Below are positions 9,082 to 18,850 of a DNA stretch of 64,000 nucleotides, piece by piece. Origin of the DNA: Acidobacteriota bacterium (lineage in GTDB: Bacteria > Acidobacteriota > UBA890 > WLXD01); NCBI GenBank assembly GCA_965205505.1, contig CBDBHB010000008.1, positions 544,001-608,000 on the forward strand. Reading direction: 5' to 3'. The notes beneath the pieces are model-generated. The model was not told where the DNA came from, searched no databases, and worked only from the letters and a program-made list of their open reading frames with translations. Position numbers and translations under genes: made by a program. Numbering within the stretch: the stretch's first letter is position 1; every line of letters begins with the position of its first letter.

Positions 9082-10554
9082 GTGTGTAAACTACCGTCCA
9101 TGGAGAGTATTTGGTCTCGATGGAGCACGGTCGCAACGTTACTGGGGGCTGGCGCGACGGTGGGCGCTCTTTACTACATCATGGCCCAGTCTGCACCTGG
9201 GTGGCTTCGCACGGTTGTTCTAATCCTATCGATATCGCTCATTGTCGGCGGGGTTCTCACGGCGCTCTATCTCTCTTGGGATCCTGTTCAGGCGGCGGTG
9301 AAAGTCGTCGCAGGAAACTGGCCAGAACGCGTGTTTTGGTCCGGTGTCGCGTTCGTCACGACAGGCGGTTTCCTGCTGGTTGTCTACTACGGTGTGATCC
9401 GTCCCGTAACGAGTTCTTCCAACTCACCGGCGCCACGCACCGTGTCCGATGCCGAGAACGAAAACCGCGGATCTGAGGACCAGCCTGCAACCGTCCCGGC
9501 GGATCCAGCGCCCGAGGAAGTCCTGGAAATCGATCAAGATCGTGTCGAGGCGTTTGACCAAACCGTTTTCGCAGGTACCGGCGACGCGGCGTACGACGGA
9601 GATGGAGGACCCGCAGTTCAAGCCGATCTGTGGGGGCCGCGCGGAATCGATGTTGATGCGGGCGGCAACGTCTATTTCGCGGCGGAAGGGAATCACGCGA
9701 TTCGGAGAGTGGACACCGACGGCATCATCACAACGATCGCCGGCAACGGAACAGGTGGCTGCGGAAAAGCCGAAGGGAGGGCGCAAGAGGTCCAACTACT
9801 AGCGCCGAAGGACGTCGCCGTTGACAGTCACGGCTTCGCCTTCATCGCCGACCCGAACTGCAACCGAGTGCTCCGGGTCGACGCGAACGGGACGATTACC
9901 AAGGTTGCGGGTACCAGCACGGCAGGCTTCAGCGGGGACGGAGGTCCAGCCACGGCAGCCCAGCTGGACGGTCCGTACGGTGTGGCGATCGATCACCAAG
10001 GGGCCGTGTACATAGCGGATCTCCACAATCAGCGGATCCGGCGAGTCGATCCCTCGGGCAGAATCTCGACAGTCGCAGGAACCGGCACCGCCGGATTCTC
10101 TGGAGACGGCAAGCAGGCTACCGACGCGACCCTCAACGACCCTCTCCGAGTCGCGGTGGACGCTGACGGCAGTATCTACATCACCGACCGTGGCAACCAG
10201 CGCATTCGCAGGGTCGACGCTGCAGGCATCATCGAGACCGTCGCCGGGAACGGCTCCCGAGGATTCTCTGGCGATGGGGGTTCGGCAATTCTCGCGCAAC
10301 TCAATGATCCCTCGTACGTCGAGCCCCTTGAGGAAGGCGCTTTCCTGATCGCCGATCATCTGAACAACCGGGTCCGACATGTCGACTCGTCGGGCCTGAT
10401 CACCACCTATCTCGGCGGCGAGCCGGATGAGGGGCACGAGGGGGCTACAGCTGTGCGCTTTGATGGAGTAATGGGCGTGGCCGTTGCCCCCGCCGGCAAC
10501 ATCTTCGTTTCCGAGAGCAATCGCCATCGAATCCGAAGACTCTCGGCTCAATGA
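9082..10554 (+). CDS. Membrane-anchored NHL-repeat beta-propeller protein
   Basis: Three N-terminal hydrophobic segments; repeated AGTGTAGFSGDGG...P.GVAVD..G.IYIAD..N.RIRRV. Start could be the ATG at 9100. Confidence 0.9.
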   Translation: MCKLPSMESIWSRWSTVATLLGAGATVGALYYIMAQSAPGWLRTVVLILSISLIVGGVLTALYLSWDPVQAAVKVVAGNWPERVFWSGVAFVTTGGFLLVVYYGVIRPVTSSSNSPAPRTVSDAENENRGSEDQPATVPADPAPEEVLEIDQDRVEAFDQTVFAGTGDAAYDGDGGPAVQADLWGPRGIDVDAGGNVYFAAEGNHAIRRVDTDGIITTIAGNGTGGCGKAEGRAQEVQLLAPKDVAVDSHGFAFIADPNCNRVLRVDANGTITKVAGTSTAGFSGDGGPATAAQLDGPYGVAIDHQGAVYIADLHNQRIRRVDPSGRISTVAGTGTAGFSGDGKQATDATLNDPLRVAVDADGSIYITDRGNQRIRRVDAAGIIETVAGNGSRGFSGDGGSAILAQLNDPSYVEPLEEGAFLIADHLNNRVRHVDSSGLITTYLGGEPDEGHEGATAVRFDGVMGVAVAPAGNIFVSESNRHRIRRLSAQ

Positions 10555-10695
10555 CTGACGCTGTGACGATCGCACGGACGATCCACCCGCCGACGGCGCA
10601 AGCCAGTCTGTCGGCGAGCACGCCATACCGCTTCGAGTGGTCAGCTTGCTCCAGGACGTCTTTCGGTATTGCGCAAGTATATGCCGCGACGTCCT

Positions 10696-11037
10696 CTAGT
10701 ACTCGTTCCTGAGCATCATCACGCCGTCAACACAGTAGAACGAGAATTCCTGCATTGGGAAGTCGGTGTACGGAATCGACTGCTCCACGATGACGGGTTC
10801 GCCAGTGTCTTCTTTAGCACACACGACAGCGCTCCGGTCTTCCTCGACCGCAAGCTCCCAAAGCTGGAATGGAACTCTCCTGAGCTGCGGCTGATAGCTT
10901 CCCACCAAATCAATGAGCCAGTAGCACTCCGCCTGATCAGCCAAGTACTTTATCCCATCGGTAAACAGCAGTCCCGTGTAGTTCCGGTAGTACTGCGTCG
11001 TTCCAATGAAGCCAGCTAGCTCATCCTCCAGTCCCAT
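10696..11037 (-). CDS. DUF6876-like protein
   Basis: FIGTTQYYR...TDGIKYLADQAECYWLID...QSIPYTDFP...MMLRNEY. Confidence 0.8.
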   Translation of the reverse strand: MGLEDELAGFIGTTQYYRNYTGLLFTDGIKYLADQAECYWLIDLVGSYQPQLRRVPFQLWELAVEEDRSAVVCAKEDTGEPVIVEQSIPYTDFPMQEFSFYCVDGVMMLRNEY

Positions 11038-11102
11038 AACTGCTGCAGAGCTCTTGGACGTTATAAAGCCCACGCCGTCAACTAGTACCTGTGGGAGAAG
11101 CT

Positions 11103-11255
11103 TCAAGACGCAATTACATCGGCTTCGTCCTCTTGCTGCTGCACGTGGTGTTCGATTGCCGAGATAATCTGTTGTCGAATGCTCACTCCTGTGCGTTCGC
11201 GTATTCGGTACATGGCACAAATCAGTGGCGGCGGGATGACCAGGCTGTACGTCAT
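11103..11255 (-). CDS. Small ribbon-helix-helix-like protein
   Basis: MTYSLVIP...MYRIRERTGVSIRQQIISAIEHH; GGAGG RBS upstream. Confidence 0.55.
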   Translation of the reverse strand: MTYSLVIPPPLICAMYRIRERTGVSIRQQIISAIEHHVQQQEDEADVIAS

Positions 11256-11359
11256 CTTCCTCCCTCCACAGTCGCAAGCTCCTGCTCGTGCAGGTACGCC
11301 ACGTAGACTTCCCGTACATCCTGCCAAAACGTCTGCCACATGAGCGGATCTCCTCGACG

Positions 11360-11587
11360 TTATAAGTAACTCTGGAAGACGAACCTAGTGCCCATCTTAA
11401 AGGCACTTCGCTTCTCTGCTCTCGTAATCAACAACTTCACCTTCAAGCCTAGTTCATCTGTTGGCGCTGCAATAACAAGCTGGCTCTCCGTTGGCTTTAC
11501 CTCGCACGTCCGCTGATCACATCTACGGAATCTTCTCCAAACTTTTTCTTCTTCTTTGCGGATTCTCTCCACTATTTCCTTCTTCAT
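11360..11587 (-). CDS. Hypothetical protein
   Basis: 75-aa charged ORF preceded by GAGGTGA SD. Confidence 0.55.
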   Translation of the reverse strand: MKKEIVERIRKEEEKVWRRFRRCDQRTCEVKPTESQLVIAAPTDELGLKVKLLITRAEKRSAFKMGTRFVFQSYL

Positions 11588-12564
11588 TACCTTTCACCTC
11601 TGTTGTATTCGCTTTCCGACCCCAAAAGGGTGGGCCTCTTCGGGCCTTCTCCGACCAAGAGGGTCCGCCTGCCGATATGTCTTTAGGCCGTTAGGCCGAC
11701 CGGAGAGCAGCGGGGAGCGTCGTGGAGGGGAAAGACTTACGTGCAGGCGGAGAATCTATAACCAGCTAGACAAACACTTGGGCAGCCTGACTCGTTGGGA
11801 GCCTTTTGTGCGGTAGAACTCGGCATCATCACTGGAGCTGCGTGACGTTCCGTGTAGACACATGCAGACTGCGTCAGGACAGAAACTGGCGGGAGCCATA
11901 TCACCCTTCGCGGCTCTAGGCCATATGCTTCAAACCGAACCCGCAGAGAGCAATAGCCGCGACCCTCATGCCCCTTCGTTCCGACAGAGAGAAGATCATG
12001 TCCCGAAACAATAACCACGAGATTCGGTTCGAAGATCAGAACCGCGAAGGCAGAAATGCCTCCCGTTGGCAGCAGGAGTGTGCCGCAAGAGACGCGGTCG
12101 TTTTCCACGCCGTGAGACCGCGCGCCTAGGACGCTCCGAGCAAGCGGGCGTCAGCAGACACCGTTGGTAAATTCGATCTACAACGGCCTTCTCTGCTTGA
12201 CTCGGTCCATTTCAAGTTAACAGATGAAGCTTATGATGAAACAAAGACCTGTATACAAAATTGAAGAAAAACCACATTATCAAACAGAAACGCTATGGGC
12301 TGATAGTTATACTTAATGTTTCCTGCTTCTTTCATGTAATATACAGTGAACTTGACAATAGTTATTACGTAACTACTATTATTCTATTGTTAGAGACGAG
12401 ACTGATTTCCCACCTCACCACTACGCCACCCGTCCCCCTGGGGTGTTATTAGATGTATTTAAGTTTTGTAATGCAGATTAGTAGCTAGTCTGTCGTCAAT
12501 ATCATCGAACCTCTACGCTTTTTCTAGTTGATAGAAATCGTTACTCATGATGGCAACAGATAAC

Positions 12565-12765
12565 TCATCCTTTAGCTGCTGCCGGCCTTTGCACGCTCTC
12601 ACTGAACCGTGACGCCTGGAGAATCTCAACTCCAATCAGGTCGCCGTTCTCATCCAATTCGACATTGACCCCTGGGACAATCTCTTCAAAACTCTCCTGC
12701 TTGCCCTCTTTCACTAGTATGAAGAGAGAGTCAGATTCTTCGTCGTAGTTGTATTGCTTACTCAT
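12565..12765 (-). CDS. DUF2283-family putative antitoxin
   Basis: YNYDEESDSLFI...VELDENGDLIGVEILQAS; overlaps the end of the upstream gene. Confidence 0.85.
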   Translation of the reverse strand: MSKQYNYDEESDSLFILVKEGKQESFEEIVPGVNVELDENGDLIGVEILQASRFSESVQRPAAAKG

Positions 12766-13048
12766 TCTTCGTCCACCTCTTGTTAGCAATTCGGTTGATC
12801 ATCTGTTCTTCCCGTATCGGATGTATCGTTATAATTTCGACAGTATCATTCTTGTTGTAGGCAATCATCATCTGTCGCATTTTGCTGTTGTATTCCAAGC
12901 GCTTGATAGCGATAAGCGTCCGCTCGACCGTATCAAAGAACTTCTGGTCGGGCTCTTCCAAGACGAGCCTGGGATACTCACGCGGTATCCTCCGGGCCTT
13001 CAATCTCAGCTCTAGATGGCTCGTGTAAACAACTCTTGCCCTTTGCAT
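12758..13048 (-). CDS. DUF4258/RelE-like putative toxin
   Basis: VYTSHLELRLKARRIP...IITIHP...RIANKRW; coupled to DUF2283. Confidence 0.7.
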   Translation of the reverse strand: MQRARVVYTSHLELRLKARRIPREYPRLVLEEPDQKFFDTVERTLIAIKRLEYNSKMRQMMIAYNKNDTVEIITIHPIREEQMINRIANKRWTKNE

Positions 13049-13068
13049 CTCTTGTAGATCGCTGAGTC

Positions 13069-13084
13069 TATAAAGCTATCGATT
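13069..13084 (-). promoter_or_regulatory. Putative archaeal-type BRE/TATA promoter of a leaderless TA transcript
   Basis: Minus strand CGATAGC-TTTATA, 20 nt before the ATG; no SD. Confidence 0.45.
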
Positions 13085-13181
13085 GCGAAAATCAGAGCGA
13101 GCGTCGTTCCAGTAGCTCCATTCTACTACCCGAACAGGCCGGGCCGGCCGGGCGTCACTGGACTTCCACTGAAGACGGGAC

Positions 13182-14507
13182 TTAGGATCTGTTCTGTACC
13201 AAGCCCTTCCCCACCTCAACCTTCGGAAACGCCACGTGTAGAGGACACCGCACTCGTCCTTTCAACGCAACAACGGCCTCTCCAACCTCGAGTAGATCGA
13301 TATAACCACGCTCCTCGTCATCCAGATTCAGACAACGAGCCATATCATCAACATCGTCGCCATTTCCTAGGTTGAAAACAATCTTGCAGTAGGTGTTCGC
13401 CTTGATGGAGTTGCTGAGCTTCGTCGGCTCCTGATCTATCACAACAACAGCTTCTCCAAATTCACGAATCTGACGCAGGCTCGTTTCGAGAATCGTCTCA
13501 GCCCCTTCCGCGCGTTCCTTCCGCCGAGACAGCACATGATGCCCTTCTTCGATGACGAGAGCGTGCTTGAAGACTTCGCGATTTCCTTCGTGTTTCCTGA
13601 ACTCGTAGAGCCACAGAATCACAGCCTCTGTGAGGAACACCTTATCTACGTCTGACAGGACGTCGAGTTCGAGCACGGCCGGAGCGTTGAGAAGCTGCTC
13701 GTCAAGCGCAGAATCAGTGTTCACCACCGGACCAAGGCCGTGGCGGAAGCACAGGCTTTCGAAAACGCGCACTGCGGATGCCTTCCACAGTTGCATCCTT
13801 CCCTGCGCGCGCTTCTTCAGCACACGATAGCGCACCAACAAGAACGTCGGCGTCCCCGTTGATGATTCATCATAGAACCCGCATTCGTCATACACGGTGT
13901 CGATGGCTTCCCTGAGCAAATACTCAACTCCTTCTCCCACGAAGTAGGCATGCTTGATAACATCGACTAGTTTCATCAGCCATTCGCCCGGCGCGGTGCC
14001 GGGAGGCGGAATCACCGGATTGAACTTGAATGGCTCAACATCGCCGCCAGGCCTATAGACACGTAGCTCCTTGAACTCCGGAAGCTGGCGAAGATCGCGG
14101 TAGTTGCGCTTCCAGTCAAATACCATGAATGGCTTCTTGTTCTTCTGGAACTCTCTCAGCATGTGGAAGACGAGATTCGTCTTTCCCGTGCCTGTCATCC
14201 CAACAATGAGCATGTGCTTGATCCAGTCGTCCTCCCGCATGCCGAAGCCACAGTATGTCTTTTCAGGCGGATAGCGGACGGTGCCGAGAACATACTTTCC
14301 ATAGCAGAGCGAAGGATGCGGCGGATCTAGCAGAATTCTCTTGCGATAGTCCTTCGCGAGCTTCTGAAACAGAAGAACGTCAACTAGCTCACTAGCGTGG
14401 CTACGCTCCTCGCCTTCCCCAGACAGATAGAGCAGCCAACCTTTGTCGCCTCTTCCCTTCCCCAGGGGAGCGAGCTTCCGCAGTTTCTCCTCAGTGCTCT
14501 CTCTCAT
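13182..14507 (-). CDS. HerA/VirB4/TraD-superfamily ATPase (DUF87-like), possibly 3'-truncated
   Basis: Walker A GMTGTGKT, Walker B LVIEEGHH, IREFGEAVVVIDQEP. Confidence 0.85.
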   Translation of the reverse strand: MRESTEEKLRKLAPLGKGRGDKGWLLYLSGEGEERSHASELVDVLLFQKLAKDYRKRILLDPPHPSLCYGKYVLGTVRYPPEKTYCGFGMREDDWIKHMLIVGMTGTGKTNLVFHMLREFQKNKKPFMVFDWKRNYRDLRQLPEFKELRVYRPGGDVEPFKFNPVIPPPGTAPGEWLMKLVDVIKHAYFVGEGVEYLLREAIDTVYDECGFYDESSTGTPTFLLVRYRVLKKRAQGRMQLWKASAVRVFESLCFRHGLGPVVNTDSALDEQLLNAPAVLELDVLSDVDKVFLTEAVILWLYEFRKHEGNREVFKHALVIEEGHHVLSRRKERAEGAETILETSLRQIREFGEAVVVIDQEPTKLSNSIKANTYCKIVFNLGNGDDVDDMARCLNLDDEERGYIDLLEVGEAVVALKGRVRCPLHVAFPKVEVGKGLVQNRS

Positions 14508-14796
14508 TGTTCTGGAACAGCCGCTTGTGTAGAGCGAGCACGTCTTTGAAGCACTTGATTTCTTCGAGTAGCTTGAGCCTCTTCGTGTCGTTCAACTTCT
14601 TGATGAGTTCCTCGGATTCCCGTTCCAAACGCTCGATTTCCTCATCATGAAGTTGTTCCCTGTTACGGATTAGGTAGCTGATTACATCTCTCAGCTCAGC
14701 CCCGCTCGCCGTCACCTTGAGTAGCTCGTCGATGGCGTGCCTTCTTTGCTTATCGTTGTTTGTAACGTCCTTCCTTGACGTTGCTTTGTCTTCCAT
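14491..14796 (-). CDS. Small coiled-coil protein coupled to the ATPase
   Basis: 101-aa E/K/L-rich ORF overlapping the ATPase start. Confidence 0.65.
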   Translation of the reverse strand: MEDKATSRKDVTNNDKQRRHAIDELLKVTASGAELRDVISYLIRNREQLHDEEIERLERESEELIKKLNDTKRLKLLEEIKCFKDVLALHKRLFQNNEREH

Positions 14797-14989
14797 CTTG
14801 TATCAGGAATCGATAGAGAATCTCCGTTCTTAAGCTTTATAGTGCATCCTGCACTTCTCAGGGCCATTGAAACGCGTTAGCTGACCATTTGCAGGCGTGC
14901 CAGGCCTTCGGCTTCGATCGACTTGAAATTGGGTGAAGCCGTTATATAGTCCCCCCGCATTTACAACGACAGGAAAAGGGGATCACCTA

Positions 14990-15437
14990 ATGACCGAGGT
15001 AACGCTCACAAGGCCAACGAAACCTATGATGGAGGCTGTCAACGCTTCTTATCGCCGGCAACCAACAAGCGGTGGATGGGTTTGTGAAGCAGCACAAGCT
15101 AGACCGCCAGCTATTAGACAGATACGTGGCGAAGCGTGCGGGTAAGTCTTACGGCCTTACGCGTCAGAAGCGAGGCAAGAAGAAAGCCACGAAGAAGAGA
15201 GCGAAGAAAGCGCCGCCTCACGCTGAGGTACAAGATGTCCTGACGATGCTCGACCGCCGAACCAAGGTAGCTACGCTGCTAAGGTTGCAGGCCAAGGTAG
15301 CGGACTTAATCGCTCAGAAGGACGCGGAAGAGGTCGCCGCCATGCAGAGCACTCTCAAAAATCTCGAGAAGTTTCGCGAGCAGGCAGACGCGGCCGCCAA
15401 GAAGGTGAAGGACGCAGAAGCTCTACTAGGGATGTGA
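14990..15437 (+). pseudogene. Lys/Ala-rich hypothetical protein with a single-base frameshift at ~15047
   Basis: TTGAAA-N16-TATAGT promoter and AAGGGG RBS before ATG 14990. MTEVTL...AVNA joins LIAGNQQAVDGFVKQH in another frame. Confidence 0.55.
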
Positions 15438-15610
15438 GTCCCGACCGTCCAGCGTCCATCAAGCGCACACCCTACTTCTTTAACGTCGACTACTACCCGC
15501 GGACCGAGTACGAAGAATCATCTCCGGTACAGCGAAGGACGCGGGAATGCTCGTGATCTGCCATAGGCTGCTGGCCACGAGCGCGGCGCGCGAGGAGTTG
15601 GCCGATTACA

Positions 15611-16690
15611 GGCGTTGGTGCATGGCTCCTGATCTCAGTGCATCATCGTGGCAAGGTCCCCGATCTGGAGTTGCCACCCATGAAGTACCCGAAACGGAGC
15701 CAATACAAGTACGCGAAGTCTCGATATCGGATTCGCAATTGGCCTGAGTACGAGGCGGGCCTACAAAGACGAGGCAACGTTACGGTATGGTTTTCCGCCG
15801 ATGCCCTCGACTCCTGGTGGGCTCCACCTAGCGGGAAACCCGGCGGCCAACGCACCTACGCGGACATCGCAATCGAGGCAGCTCTCACGATCCGCATGGT
15901 CTTCCACCTTCCGCTCCGGCAGACCGAGGGCTTCCTGCGTTCTCTCGCAGACATGCTGCACGTGGAGATCCCTATTCCCGACCATACGCCTCTGTCCCGA
16001 CGGCTCAAGAAGCTTGGCGAGATTCCATTTCGTGCGGTCGCGAGCGATCAACCTATCCACCTGCTCATCGACAGTACGGGGCTCCGGATTCATGTCGGCC
16101 ATCTGCGCAAGCCACCGAAGCACAGAGCCTGGCGGAAGCTGCACCTGGCGGTCGACGCGAGTACGGGCGAGATCGTTGCCTCGGATCTGACCGGTCGTCG
16201 GACGCGTGACTGTGCTCGAGTTCCTGTGTTACTCGAACAGATCGACGATCCGGTGGCGTCCATCTCTGCAGACGGTGCCTACGACACCGAGGGGGTCTAC
16301 GAAGCGGCTCAAGCAAGGGGCGACGGGCGAGCAGTCAGAGTGGTCATTCCACCTGGACGCAACGCCCGGTTGCGTCCAAGACCGTCGGATGCGTTGAAGG
16401 AGAGAAACCGGAACGTTTGCTCCATCAGCAGACTCGGCCGACGCGAGTGGCACACGCGATCCGGCTACAGCAGCGCGCCATGGTCGAGAACGCGATCTAT
16501 CGATACAAGACGATCATCGGCCGAGACTTGAGGAGTCGCACGTTGGTGGGCCAACGCGTGGAGGTGCGACTTGCGTGCAGGATCCTCAATACGATGGCTC
16601 GTCTCGGGATGCCCGACAGCTACCGAGCGGCGTGATTCCATCTCGGACGAGGAACGAACTGTCCTGAGCTCCGAGCCATGCACCAACGCC
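15611..16690 (+). mobile_element. IS5-family (IS903-group-like) insertion sequence
   Basis: Perfect 18-bp terminal IRs GGCGTTGGTGCATGGCTC / GAGCCATGCACCAACGCC; no target duplication. Confidence 0.92.
15680..16635 (+). pseudogene. tnp: IS5-family transposase with a frameshift at ~16470
   Basis: YRIRNWPEYEAGLQRRG, LIDSTGL, WRKLHLAVD, ADGAYD; RAMVENAIYRYK continues in another frame. Confidence 0.9.
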
Positions 16691-16958
16691 CGTTCGGTCT
16701 GGAGTGAGGCCATGGTAACGCTCACTCCGCTGCGATATTACCGGGGATCGTGCTGACAGTCCGTCTTGTCGACTGGCAGGCTTCAACAACCTCTTGTCAG
16801 CACCGAGTTACTGAGAATAAGACGTGATACTAACCGAGGGGGCAGGTCACTTCGATCGATCGTGCCGCTCGGCGCAGCCGCTCAGGAAGTCGTCTACTTG
16901 GTTCGCCACCCCGAGAGGTGCAGGGTGGGAGGATCCGCCCGAAAGACGTCCCTCTTAC

Positions 16959-18179
16959 TTATTGACCCACTTTAAACTTAGCAGCTTCTCCAGATCCGCC
17001 GGTTGCATCACCCTCAGTGTAGGAATGTGCTCCGGCTCCTGCGAGCTTTCCGCCTTCCACGATAAGATATTCTTCTCGTATTTGCCTATCATCAAACCAG
17101 CATTCCAAGATTTCCTTGACGCCCGCTGCGTATCGAGCTTGAGCCGCCAGCGAAGTTCCGGATGTATGTGGCGTCATTGCATGGTTTGGCATTGTTCGCC
17201 AAGGGTGATCTCTTGGTGCTGGCTGTGGAAACCAAACATCCCCGGCATAACCGGCTAATTGGCCGCTCTCAAGTGCTCTTGCAACTGCATTACGATCACA
17301 GATCTTTCCCCGAGCAGTATTAACAAGATAAGCTCCACGCTTCATCTTGCCAATCATCTCGTCATCAAAGAGGTGTTCCGTCTCGGGATGAAGTGGACAA
17401 TTAACCGACACAACGTCGCAGACCTCGACCATAGACTCAACGCTATCGTGAACGGTTAAATCAAGTTCCTCTTCAACCTCTGGTGGGAGTCTATGTTTAT
17501 CAAAGTAATGGAGTTCTACATCGAAAGGCTTCATACGTCTTAGAACTGCTGAACCAATTCGACCTGCTCCTCCAACGATACCCACTCGCATTCCTTCAAC
17601 GTCATAAGACCTTGATACGCAATCAGCGATATTCCATCCTCCTTTGATAACCCAATTATATGAGGGAATGTAATTTCGAACGAGCGTCAAGATCATCATC
17701 ACAACATGCTCGGATACACTGATGCTGTTACAATAAGTGACCTCCGCCACCGTGATATCGTTATCGATAGCGGCTTGTAAGTCCACATGATCTGAACCAA
17801 TACCTGCTGTAATCGCCAGTTTCAATTTGGGCGAGTTAGCAACTCTTTCCGCAGTTATATACGCAGGCCAAAACGGTTGTGAGATAACAATGTCAGCATC
17901 AACGATTTCTTTTTCGAAGACGGAATCCGGACCGTCTTTATCAGCGGTAACAACAAATCGATGGCCGCGGCCTTCGACGAAGTTCCGTAGACGAAGTTCG
18001 CCAGAGACACATCCAAGAAGATCCCCAGGATGGAAATCTATCGCGCTCGGTGATGGCATTGATTGCCCATCAGGATAATGAGGTAGATTCGGGATATCGC
18101 GGCGCGCATATTGTGGCGGATATCCATCTACGGGATCATCATATAAGACACAGACGATCTTCAGGTTGTCTTTGCCCAT
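16959..18179 (-). CDS. fdh: NAD-dependent formate dehydrogenase
   Basis: SQPFWPAY, AGIGSDHVDL, GAGRIG, NTARG, YAGDVWFPQPAP and MTPHTSG. Confidence 0.96.
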   Translation of the reverse strand: MGKDNLKIVCVLYDDPVDGYPPQYARRDIPNLPHYPDGQSMPSPSAIDFHPGDLLGCVSGELRLRNFVEGRGHRFVVTADKDGPDSVFEKEIVDADIVISQPFWPAYITAERVANSPKLKLAITAGIGSDHVDLQAAIDNDITVAEVTYCNSISVSEHVVMMILTLVRNYIPSYNWVIKGGWNIADCVSRSYDVEGMRVGIVGGAGRIGSAVLRRMKPFDVELHYFDKHRLPPEVEEELDLTVHDSVESMVEVCDVVSVNCPLHPETEHLFDDEMIGKMKRGAYLVNTARGKICDRNAVARALESGQLAGYAGDVWFPQPAPRDHPWRTMPNHAMTPHTSGTSLAAQARYAAGVKEILECWFDDRQIREEYLIVEGGKLAGAGAHSYTEGDATGGSGEAAKFKVGQ

Positions 18180-18325
18180 TTTGCTCCACCTGGTTGTCTA
18201 ATCCGATCATTCCCCATGTGACATCTTGGCAAGCCCAGCGCTTGCCCCGAAGGACGTCAAACTACCGCCTTCCCCCGACAAGGCTGCCCTCTGTCGCGGG
18301 AGCTGTCTGCGTGGCCGCGGAACCG

Positions 18326-18470
18326 AGAGGTGGACCCCATCCTTCGGACAGGTTTTCGTCACCGCTAGGGTGGAATCTGGGTTGATGATTCAGGCAGCCT
18401 CCTCGTCAGTGTACGCGTCATCGGGCGTCAGGTCACCCAGCGACGAGTAGGGGCGCCGATATTGACGCCG
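18326..18470 (-). mobile_element. IS3-family right-end remnant
   Basis: OrfB C-terminus RRPYSSLGDLTPDDAY...AA* followed by the end CTGTCCGAAGGATGGGGTCCACCTCT. Confidence 0.7.
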
Positions 18471-18850
18471 GTTGCTCGGGGTCACCTCCCGGGGAAGGAA
18501 CCGAGGCTTCGGGAGGTTCAGACGGTCGTGCTAATTGACGGTCAGCAGCACTAGCCGGCCACATCGCGCCCGTTTGAGGTTCATCTGTTCAATATCCACC
18601 TGTCTGCACGTCGGCCCCGGCTCGGGACACCGGTGCTGGGCCGGTGGTTCGAGGGTATGAGCTACAGGGTATCTACTTCATCCCGGCGATCCTCGGAGCT
18701 TTCGGAGTACTCGTCCTCGCCATCGATTTGCTCAGCAGTTTTGGAAGCGTCTGTCAGGGAAAGCAAGCCGAAACGAGCTAGCCGCAAGGAAGAGGCGTGA
18801 AACGGTCAGCGTGCGCGGTAGTTGTGCGCCGCGTGGCCGAGGCCGGACAC

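Noticed and set aside
8699-11700. Integron attC cores (GTTAGGC)
   Set aside because: Hits are isolated, with no paired RYYYAAC at gene ends. The only integrase is P4-type, not IntI.
10638-14887. 9-bp inverted repeat TGGTCAGCT / AGCTGACCA around the archaeal-like block
   Set aside because: Too short to separate from chance, and no target duplication.
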